Origin: Thermodesulfobacteriota bacterium
GTDB taxonomy: Bacteria; Desulfobacterota; BSN033; WVXP01; G020346125
Reading direction: 5' to 3'
Length of the DNA: 60,553 bases
NCBI GenBank assembly: GCA_030145085.1
Contig: JAQYWG010000001.1
Span: 1 to 60,553, forward strand
The notes beneath the pieces are model-generated. The model saw only the letters and a list, made by a program, of their open reading frames with translations, had not been told where the DNA came from and searched no databases. Both the position numbers and the translations under genes were made by a program. Below, piece by piece: positions 26,233-34,234 of the stretch (positions are counted from its first letter, which is position 1; each line of letters starts with the position of its first letter).

Positions 26233-27057
26233 ATGAATTACTACGAGATATTAGGACTTGAAAGGGAGCCCTTCTCCAGTTCACCTGACCCCGCTTTTTT
26301 CTACCTTTCAGATGATTACCGTGAATGTCTCCAGAGATTAGAGATCTCAATTCGGTTAAAAAGAGGGCTGAATATCATCTTGGGCGAGGTTGGGACCGGC
26401 AAGACAACCCTTTCCAGGGTTTTGTACCGAATGTTTCAAAGGGAAAGCCGGGATTTTATTTTTCACTTCATCCTCGATCCCAGTTTTCCCACGGAATTCC
26501 AATTCTTCAGCAGCCTGGTTGCATTGTTCGACATCACGCCATCTGGACGTTCAACCTTTGAGTACAAGGAGGCTATCCAAAATTACCTCTTCCAAAAAGG
26601 GGTTGATGAGAAAAAGACCATAGTGTTGCTCATTGACGAAGGTCAGAAATTGTCCAAACCCCATCTGGAGATCTTGAGAAATCTCCTCAATTATGAAACC
26701 AATGAGTACAAACTGCTCCAGCTCCTCATTTTTGCCCAGATGGAGTTTTCTGATCGAGTAAAGGGGGTAGAGAATTTTCTGGACAGGGTGAATCTGAAAT
26801 ATGTATTTCTCCCGTTAAATGAGATAAATACGAGGAAAATGATAGAATTTAGGTTAAGAGTTGCAGGCCTCAACAGTGGAAGGTCGTTATTCACGGACGA
26901 CGCCTATATGGCAATTTATATGGAAACCCTAGGCTATCCGAGAAAGATTATTAACCTCTGCCATCACGCCCTCCTCACCATGTTGATAAGGGAAAAGGAG
27001 ATTATTGACGGAGAAATAATCCGGATAACGGCAAAAGCGAGAGGGGATCAAATTTGA
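26233..27057 (+). CDS. ExeA/GspA/MshM-like AAA+ ATPase
   Basis: YYEILGLEREPFSSSPDPAFFYLSDDY...GLNIILGEVGTGKTTLSRVL (Walker A), LLIDEGQ (Walker B). First gene of the second pilus operon. Confidence 0.8.
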   Translation: MNYYEILGLEREPFSSSPDPAFFYLSDDYRECLQRLEISIRLKRGLNIILGEVGTGKTTLSRVLYRMFQRESRDFIFHFILDPSFPTEFQFFSSLVALFDITPSGRSTFEYKEAIQNYLFQKGVDEKKTIVLLIDEGQKLSKPHLEILRNLLNYETNEYKLLQLLIFAQMEFSDRVKGVENFLDRVNLKYVFLPLNEINTRKMIEFRLRVAGLNSGRSLFTDDAYMAIYMETLGYPRKIINLCHHALLTMLIREKEIIDGEIIRITAKARGDQI

Positions 27058-28250
27058 GCGAAAAGGACAAGGACATCGCTGCGACCAATCGGTTGCTGGA
27101 GGTGATTCGAGGCAAGGGTGATATAGAATCATCCCCCGTGGATCGCGAACCTCCCCGACAGGAGGGAGTAAAACCCGAGGGGCCGCCAATACGTGAAAAG
27201 AAAAAGGCCCCAAGTTCCTTCTCCCTCTTTTCGAGCAAGACAGTGGGACTGGATATCGGATCTCATTCGGTAAAATGCGTCCAACTGGAAAAAAAGGGGA
27301 CGGCGGCTTATCGATTGCTTTCGGTCGGGGTTCTCGAGATTGCGCCGGAGGGAATCAATCTCGAGGAGGATCCGAGAAAGGCGATCATATCCGCCATCAG
27401 GAAATCCATCGAAGGAATAAACCTTAAAAGGACGCCGATTACCACCGCCATTGGCGGGGTATCCACCGCTATCAGGCAGATTGAACTCCCCTTTATGACT
27501 GAAAAGGAGCTGGCCTCGGCCATAAAATGGGAGGCGCGAAATTACATTCCCTTCGATATCAACGATGTAGAATTGGATTACCAAATTATCAATACATCCA
27601 AGGCCAGCAATAAATTGGATATTATCCTTGTCTCCATCATCAAGGACTTCGTACGATACCACCTCGATCTACTCAGGGAGGTCCCCATCGATCCCCAAAT
27701 CATCGATGTCAATCCATTGGCCCTGGTGAATGCTGTGCTGTTCAACGAGGAAATAGAGAAAGATGAATACGTCGTGCTGATGGACATCGGGGATAAGAAT
27801 ACCACCTTGAGCGTCTATAGTGAGGAGGGTCAGTATTTCGTACGGAATATTATGATATCCGGCAATGATTTTACCGATGACATTATGAGGGGAATGGGAC
27901 TTTCCTACGCAGATGCCGAAAAGTTCAAGAGAAACGAGGACTCCGTTGGCTTGATTGAGACCATCAAACCATCCTTGGACAACCTGGTCAGGGAAGTTCG
28001 AAGGTCCTTGACCTTTTATGAGAATCAGGTCAAAATAAAGGGGTTTAGCAAAATCTTCCTCACGGGGGGAAGTGCGCCCCTCAAGGGTTTGGATGATTAT
28101 TTGAGCACTGAACTTGGGCTGCCCGTAACGATACTCAACCCCTTTTCGGAAATCAATGTGGAAAAGGCCTCTCTGCTATCCCCATTTGGGAACGACCTGT
28201 GCACATTAGCCTTGGCCGTTGGCCTGGCGATAAGGGGGGTAAATGGGTGA
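27054..28250 (+). CDS. pilM: PilM/MshI-like pilus assembly ATPase-fold protein with N-terminal extension of about 65 aa
   Basis: VGLDIGSHSVKCVQLEKK...AIKWEARNYIPFDINDVELDYQII. TTG start overlaps the exeA-like stop, so the true start is uncertain. Confidence 0.85.
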   Translation: MSEKDKDIAATNRLLEVIRGKGDIESSPVDREPPRQEGVKPEGPPIREKKKAPSSFSLFSSKTVGLDIGSHSVKCVQLEKKGTAAYRLLSVGVLEIAPEGINLEEDPRKAIISAIRKSIEGINLKRTPITTAIGGVSTAIRQIELPFMTEKELASAIKWEARNYIPFDINDVELDYQIINTSKASNKLDIILVSIIKDFVRYHLDLLREVPIDPQIIDVNPLALVNAVLFNEEIEKDEYVVLMDIGDKNTTLSVYSEEGQYFVRNIMISGNDFTDDIMRGMGLSYADAEKFKRNEDSVGLIETIKPSLDNLVREVRRSLTFYENQVKIKGFSKIFLTGGSAPLKGLDDYLSTELGLPVTILNPFSEINVEKASLLSPFGNDLCTLALAVGLAIRGVNG

Positions 28251-28897
28251 AATTTCAGATCAATATATATAAACCGGGGAGAAAGCCGAAAAAGGTCCCC
28301 AAGCTAACGGGAGAGGAGAGACGGGTATCCGTAGCGATGCTTGTCGTCCTGATGATCATTCTACTCGGGGTAATCTACTTGGCCTATATGAATTGGATTT
28401 TCCCATCAATAAATAAAAAGATTAGGTGGAATAAAAACCAAACGCTCGTCCTAAGTAATCAGTTAAGCGAAGTGGAGAAGGATTTGGAGAAGCATTCCAA
28501 TGAGGCAGGGCTCCTTTCCAAACTCCACATTAAGAGGGTATTGTGGTCCCGCAAGTTGGTGGATCTCAGCAGGGTCACGCCCGATGATCTATGGCTAACC
28601 GATCTTTCAATCAAGACAATTGAAAAAAAGAAAAAGGCATCAAAACAGGTCGAGAAGGAGACGTATCTCACCATCAAGGGGGTTACCTTGCCCGTGCCAG
28701 GTCGGGTACCCCTCGACAGCATCGCCCAACTCATACTGGCATTGAATGGTTCGAAATCCTTTAGTCAGGACTTCGAGGCGGTCAAACTCGTCTACACCCA
28801 CCTTACCAGGGAGAAAGACCGCGATATTATGGAATTTGAGCTCTCGAGCAAGTTGAGCGGCAGCTCTCCGCTCAGGAAAGAAAAGGCGTCGAGATGA
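28247..28897 (+). CDS. PilN-like fimbrial assembly protein
   Basis: GTG at 28247 overlaps the pilM2 stop (GTGA). It has one TM segment (VSVAMLVVLMIILLGVIYLAYM), a coiled coil, and a C-terminal pattern LWLTDLSI...LTIKGVT. The ORF-track start at 28199 lies inside pilM2. Confidence 0.65.
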   Translation: MKFQINIYKPGRKPKKVPKLTGEERRVSVAMLVVLMIILLGVIYLAYMNWIFPSINKKIRWNKNQTLVLSNQLSEVEKDLEKHSNEAGLLSKLHIKRVLWSRKLVDLSRVTPDDLWLTDLSIKTIEKKKKASKQVEKETYLTIKGVTLPVPGRVPLDSIAQLILALNGSKSFSQDFEAVKLVYTHLTREKDRDIMEFELSSKLSGSSPLRKEKASR

Positions 28898-29802
28898 AAT
28901 CTTCCATTTCCACAAGAAACATGATAATAGCCCTGGTGATCTTTTTCTTCGGGGTGTCATCCCTCTTCTACTTCTTCGACTATCGCCGATATTTGAACAA
29001 GGCGAAAAAGGGGATGAAGACGATATCCCTCCTCAACGGGAGGGTTGAAAAGGCCGTTCGGGAGGTCAATGAACTCCAGGAGAGGATCGAGCGATTCAAC
29101 AAAGAGGAGGTGAACGTCGACTTCTTCAAGCGGCACCAAATCCCCCCGGAGAGGCGGACACCTACCTTTCTCGAAAAAATAAATGACTTGGTCAATCGAC
29201 TGGGGATCAAAACCATTATGGTGAAACCCATGCCCCAAGAGGAATCCCCCGATTATATTCGGTATCCCTTTTTGGTCGAAACGAGATCCAAATACGAGGA
29301 AATCGCCAAATTCATCGATAGCCTCGAGAACAGTTTTAAACTCAACTTAGACGACCTTCACATTGAGAATGATCCCAAGGCCCCCCTCTGGCATCGCCTC
29401 AAATTCACCGTTAGTACCTTCGAATTGAAAAGCGCCGAATCCTCACCTTCTGATGAAACGGGGAAGGTGGAGGCCGCCCCCATCCAAATGGTGGTAAAGG
29501 ACGATATCACGGTGAGGAGGGATCCCTTCCTGGAGAAGGAGGTGCCGAAGGGGGAGAAGAAGGTTACAACCGTGTCCCTCCCCAAGAGACGGCGAAAGAG
29601 GCGACCTCCTTTAAAACTCAAGGGCATCATCGATATCGCGGGAAAGAAGGTGGCCATCATGAACGACAAGATCGTTAGGGAAGGGGATTGGATCGCGAGA
29701 CACCGCATCGTCCGGATTGGCGAGGATGAGGTTATAGCGGTCTCCGGAGGGAAAAAACGCACCCTCAAGATAGAAGAGTTGGTCAAAACCAAATTGAGGT
29801 AA
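28894..29802 (+). CDS. PilO-like / PilP-like fusion protein
   Basis: TM segment, coiled coil and PilO-type core (YPFLVETRSKYEEIAKFIDSLENSFKLNLDDLHI). Then a linker with RRDPF and a PilP/GspC-type beta domain (LKLKGIIDIAGKKVAIMNDKIVREGDWI...RIVRIGEDEVIAV). Confidence 0.6.
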   Translation: MKSSISTRNMIIALVIFFFGVSSLFYFFDYRRYLNKAKKGMKTISLLNGRVEKAVREVNELQERIERFNKEEVNVDFFKRHQIPPERRTPTFLEKINDLVNRLGIKTIMVKPMPQEESPDYIRYPFLVETRSKYEEIAKFIDSLENSFKLNLDDLHIENDPKAPLWHRLKFTVSTFELKSAESSPSDETGKVEAAPIQMVVKDDITVRRDPFLEKEVPKGEKKVTTVSLPKRRRKRRPPLKLKGIIDIAGKKVAIMNDKIVREGDWIARHRIVRIGEDEVIAVSGGKKRTLKIEELVKTKLR

Positions 29803-29808
29803 GCAGCT

Positions 29809-31212
29809 ATGAAAAGGATTTCTTTTCCCATTACCCTATGTCTGATTTTTCTCCTCGCCCTCGCGTCCACGGGATTGGGCCAGTCTCCCCAGGTCAAAAA
29901 TCCCCTGGAAAGTGACCTGCCTTTCTCCTTGAAGGTAAGAGATGTTGATATTCGGGATGTTCTGACCATAATCGCCGAAGAGTATGGTTTGAACCTCATC
30001 CTTTCGCCGGCGGTTTCGGGAAGAATCACCTATGATATCGAGAACACCACACTGAGAGATGGGTTTAACGCCATACTCAGGAGCAGCGGCTTAACTTACA
30101 TTATTGAGGGGAATATCATCCGGGTGGACGAACAGGCGGAATTGCGTAAGAAGCTGAAAACCGAGCTGGATATCTATAAGGCGCGCCAAGAGCTGAGAGA
30201 AGCGGCGAAACTGGAGAAGCCGTTGGAGACGACCTATGTCGACCTCAACTATATCGGAACGACCCTCTCCAAGGAGAAGGGGACGGAGACCACCGATTTG
30301 CAGGATGCCATGGAGAAGTTGTTGAGCCACAACAAGGAGAAAGGGGTTGATAGAGGGGCCAACGTCAGCATCATCAAGAAAACCAATACCTTGGTCATTA
30401 CCGACGTTGAGGAAAATGTTCGCGAAATTGCGGCGATGGCCAAAAAATTGGATCTGCCAACGGAACAGGTAAGGATTGATGCGAGGATTGTGGAGACAAG
30501 TCGCGATTTCTCCCAGGAATTGGGCATTAAATGGGGCGGAACGGCACAAACCCGGGTGGGCAGTACGCGGGATAGGAAGGGTAACCTTACCTTCGATGGG
30601 TCTGCGGGTGGGGATATCGTGAATCTACCCGTGATAAATCCCGCGGGCGTCTTTAGCCTGGGCTGGCTCTCGTCGACTGCGGTTCTCCGAAACCTGGATG
30701 TTGAGCTCTCGGCCCTTGAGGCGACGGGCGACGTGAAGATCGTCTCCAAGCCCTCAATCCTCGTCGTCGAAAGTCAGGAGGCGGAGATATTTGTTGGAGA
30801 GAAAGTTCCCGTTGCGGAGGGGTATGATGCCGAGACGGCCCAAGTCAGTATTCGGCTGGAAGACGTGGGTACGAAGTTGAGGATCACCCCTCAAATCACC
30901 CGGGATGGCTCAATTTTTATGCTGGTGGGGGTGGAAACGAGTGAAATTTCAGGTGAAACCGTAATTCAGGGACAACCTTACGACACTCTCGGAACGAAGA
31001 GGGCAGCCACACAGGTCTTGGTAAAGGACGGACAAACCGTGGTCATTGGAGGTCTTTTGAGCACCCGCAAAGAGGAAAATCGAGACCGCGTCCCCTTTCT
31101 GTCCAGGGTTCCCATTGTGGGCCTTCTCTTCAAGAGCAAGGAGGATATCTCGGAGTATCGGGAGCTGATGATATTCATTACGCCCCAAATCGCCACTCAG
31201 GTGGGGGGGTGA
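29809..31212 (+). CDS. Short secretin (PilQ/MshL/GspD family) without AMIN domains
   Basis: Signal peptide. N0 (LKVRDVDIRDVLTIIAEEYGLNLIL). Secretin core (VRIDARIVETS...VPFLSRVPIVGLLFK). 467 aa. Confidence 0.9.
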   Translation: MKRISFPITLCLIFLLALASTGLGQSPQVKNPLESDLPFSLKVRDVDIRDVLTIIAEEYGLNLILSPAVSGRITYDIENTTLRDGFNAILRSSGLTYIIEGNIIRVDEQAELRKKLKTELDIYKARQELREAAKLEKPLETTYVDLNYIGTTLSKEKGTETTDLQDAMEKLLSHNKEKGVDRGANVSIIKKTNTLVITDVEENVREIAAMAKKLDLPTEQVRIDARIVETSRDFSQELGIKWGGTAQTRVGSTRDRKGNLTFDGSAGGDIVNLPVINPAGVFSLGWLSSTAVLRNLDVELSALEATGDVKIVSKPSILVVESQEAEIFVGEKVPVAEGYDAETAQVSIRLEDVGTKLRITPQITRDGSIFMLVGVETSEISGETVIQGQPYDTLGTKRAATQVLVKDGQTVVIGGLLSTRKEENRDRVPFLSRVPIVGLLFKSKEDISEYRELMIFITPQIATQVGG

Positions 31213-31246
31213 GGAGGGAAACCCCGAAATGAAGGCATACTGAACA

Positions 31247-32989
31247 ATGGCCCATCCCAAAAGCTACACGTTGAGTTACAAATCTCTCGGCGCGCTGTTG
31301 GTCGATAACAAGGTGTTCACCCAGGAACAGCTTGACAAGGCCCTCGATCGACAGAGAAAGAAGGGGGGGCTTTTAGGGGATATCATAATCGAAATGGGCC
31401 TCGCCTCTGAGGGTCAGGTCCTCGGGGCCCTTGCGCAACAGCTCAGCATCCCACACCTAACCCCCGACGAAGTTGTCTTTATCGATCCCGAGGTCATTAG
31501 GCTCGTTCCCGAGCGCATTGCGCGACAGTCCATGGCAATACCCGTTTCCATACGGGACAATACCTTGACCGTGGCCATGGTGAACCCCTTCGATATCATC
31601 GCCATCGATGACCTCCGGACTATTACCAATTATAAGATCAATACGGCCATTATATCCAAATCGGGATTGGAAGCCCTCATCAATCGATTCTATGGGGTCA
31701 GTGAGCGGGAATCTAGCCTGGAGGATGTCTTAAAGGATGTATCGGAGACCCACCTTGAGCTCAAAAAGGAATTCGACGATGATCGCGAGGTTAACCTGGA
31801 GAGGCTCCGGGAGCAGGTGGAAGAGGCCCCCATTGTCAAATTGGTGGATTACATCATATCGAACGCCATCAACGAGCGGGCGAGCGATATCCACATCGAG
31901 CCCCAGGAGACACGGTTGAGCATTCGCTACCGGATTGACGGGGTACTCCACGATATCATTTCTCCGGCAAAGGCACTCCAGATGGCCATCGGTTCTCGAA
32001 TCAAGATTATGTCCAACATGGATATCGCCGAAAGACGCCTTCCTCAGGATGGCCGTTTTACCATAAAGCAGGGGTTTCGGGAGGTTGACCTGAGGGTATC
32101 CACGTTGCCCACCATCTTCGGCGAAAAGGTGGTAATGAGGCTCCTGGAGAAGGGGTCCCTTTCCCTGGACATAGACAGCCTGGGATTCGGCGACGGCCAA
32201 TTGGAAATTTTTCGGAGCTACATATCAAAACCCCACGGGATGGTTCTCCTCACGGGACCAACGGGAAGCGGAAAGACGACCACCCTCTATTCGGCCCTGA
32301 CGGAGATTAAATCCTCTCAGACCAATATCGTTACGGTGGAGGATCCCGTGGAGTATCAGATCAAGGGGATCTACCAGGTTCAGGCCAATCCCAAAATCGG
32401 CCTCACCTTTGCCAACGGTTTACGGTACATTCTTCGCCAGGATCCGGATATCATCATGGTGGGCGAGATCCGGGACTTGGAGACGGCCGAGATGGCCATT
32501 CGGTCCGCCCTTACCGGGCATCTCGTATTCAGCACCCTGCATACCAATGACGCCGTGGGAACCATTGTCCGACTGATCAACATGGGTGTGGAGCCATATC
32601 TCGTCTGCTCTTCTCTGAGTTTGGCCGTCGCCCAGCGCCTGGTGCGAAAGATCTGCCCTCACTGCAAGGAGTCATACAAGCCAACCAAGGAGGTGCTGCG
32701 GAGCCTCGGAGTCGATGAAAAGCCTCAAAAGAACTTTCTCTTTCACCAGGGCAAGGGGTGCCATAGATGCAAGGGCACGGGCTATTACGGTAGGACGGCT
32801 ATCTGCGAAATTTTGGAGATGAAGGCTCCAGTTCGAAACGCCATCCTCAACGGGGCCGATATCGAGGGAATGAGGCAGGTGGCCCTTGAGCTGGGGATGA
32901 CCACCCTCAGGAAAGGCGGCTTGCAGAGGGTGCGAGATGGGATTACAACTCCGGAAGAGGTTTTCAGGGCGACCATCGAGGAAGATTAA
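31247..32989 (+). CDS. pilB: Type IV pilus extension ATPase (PilB/MshE/GspE family) with MshEN-like N-terminus
   Basis: T2SSE_N region. Walker A GPTGSGKTTT. Asp box VEDPVEY. Walker B IMVGEIRD. His box. Tetracysteine CPHC...CHRC. Confidence 0.94.
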   Translation: MAHPKSYTLSYKSLGALLVDNKVFTQEQLDKALDRQRKKGGLLGDIIIEMGLASEGQVLGALAQQLSIPHLTPDEVVFIDPEVIRLVPERIARQSMAIPVSIRDNTLTVAMVNPFDIIAIDDLRTITNYKINTAIISKSGLEALINRFYGVSERESSLEDVLKDVSETHLELKKEFDDDREVNLERLREQVEEAPIVKLVDYIISNAINERASDIHIEPQETRLSIRYRIDGVLHDIISPAKALQMAIGSRIKIMSNMDIAERRLPQDGRFTIKQGFREVDLRVSTLPTIFGEKVVMRLLEKGSLSLDIDSLGFGDGQLEIFRSYISKPHGMVLLTGPTGSGKTTTLYSALTEIKSSQTNIVTVEDPVEYQIKGIYQVQANPKIGLTFANGLRYILRQDPDIIMVGEIRDLETAEMAIRSALTGHLVFSTLHTNDAVGTIVRLINMGVEPYLVCSSLSLAVAQRLVRKICPHCKESYKPTKEVLRSLGVDEKPQKNFLFHQGKGCHRCKGTGYYGRTAICEILEMKAPVRNAILNGADIEGMRQVALELGMTTLRKGGLQRVRDGITTPEEVFRATIEED

Positions 32990-32998
32990 GGGACCCAG

Positions 32999-34234
32999 AT
33001 GCCACTGTATTCTTATACGGCCAAGAGGGGAGACGGAAGAAACCTAAGGGGTGACCTGGAGGCAATCAGCGAGCTGGAGGTAATAGAGACATTACACCGG
33101 CGGAACCTCACCGTCCTCGACATCGCGGAGAAGAAAAGTGCCCGGGAAAAGGACCTCGTGGGCCGGTTCTCAATGAGTGATCCCCTCTTCGGAGGGGGGG
33201 TTAAACACGATGAGATTTTCCTCTTTGCGAGTCAAATGTCGGCCATGGTTGAAGCCGGGCTGCCCTTGCTTCGATGTCTGACGAGCTTCGGCAATGAGGT
33301 TGAGAACCCGCGGTTCAAGAGGGTGATGGATTCCGTGAGCATTGATGTCGAGGAGGGAAGTACCTTTTTCGATGCCCTGTCCAAGCATCCTAAGGTATTC
33401 AGCAAACTCTTCGTCAACATGGTCAAGGCCGGCGAAGTCAGCGGACGGTTGGATCAAACCCTTGCTCAACTGGCCAGTTATCTGGAGAGTACCGCAAACC
33501 TTCGGAGGAAGGTGAAGGCAGCCGTCACATACCCCCTTTTTCTCATCGGATTTACCATCTTCGCCATCATCCTCCTGGTAGCCAAGGTGGTCCCTGTATT
33601 CCAAAAGATTTATACAGGGGCGAGGGTACGCCTTCCGGTCCCCACTCGGATATTGATAGGCAGCAGTGTCGCTATTCGTGACTACTATTGGCTTATCCTG
33701 TTGATCGCCGCAGGAATCGGGATTCTCATTTATGCCGGGCTTCAAACCGAAAGGGGTCGGCTTTTCTGGGATAAGCATAAGCTCCGGATTCCCATCTTAG
33801 GACCATTGATGCGGAAATATTCCCTGACCAAATTTACCAGGACACTGGGGGTTTTGCTCAATAGTGGAGTTCCCATCTTGGGTTCCCTTGATCTGGTTGC
33901 GGAGACCGCTGGCAATAGGATGTTGGAAAGGGCCATTCTTGGAAGCTCAGCGTCCATTGAGCAGGGCAGTGGGTTTGCCGAAGCCCTCGCTGAAAGGAGA
34001 GATGTATTTCCGGAGATGGTGGTTCAGATGTCCGCCACGGGTGAGGAATCGGGGACGTTGGACAACATGGTGAGCAAAGTGGCAAATTTCTACGAGAAAC
34101 AGATAGAGGCGAGCATCACCACCGTGACGTCTCTCATCGAGCCTATCCTCGTCATCTTCATCGGAACGGTGGTGGGAGGAATTTTGCTCTCCATCTTCCT
34201 CCCCATATTCAAGATGGGGCGGGCAATTCACTGA
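32999..34234 (+). CDS. pilC: Type IV pilus platform protein PilC/GspF
   Basis: 411 aa with two T2SSF repeats (MVEAGLPLLRCL, LLNSGVPILGSL) and three TM segments. Confidence 0.94.
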   Translation: MPLYSYTAKRGDGRNLRGDLEAISELEVIETLHRRNLTVLDIAEKKSAREKDLVGRFSMSDPLFGGGVKHDEIFLFASQMSAMVEAGLPLLRCLTSFGNEVENPRFKRVMDSVSIDVEEGSTFFDALSKHPKVFSKLFVNMVKAGEVSGRLDQTLAQLASYLESTANLRRKVKAAVTYPLFLIGFTIFAIILLVAKVVPVFQKIYTGARVRLPVPTRILIGSSVAIRDYYWLILLIAAGIGILIYAGLQTERGRLFWDKHKLRIPILGPLMRKYSLTKFTRTLGVLLNSGVPILGSLDLVAETAGNRMLERAILGSSASIEQGSGFAEALAERRDVFPEMVVQMSATGEESGTLDNMVSKVANFYEKQIEASITTVTSLIEPILVIFIGTVVGGILLSIFLPIFKMGRAIH

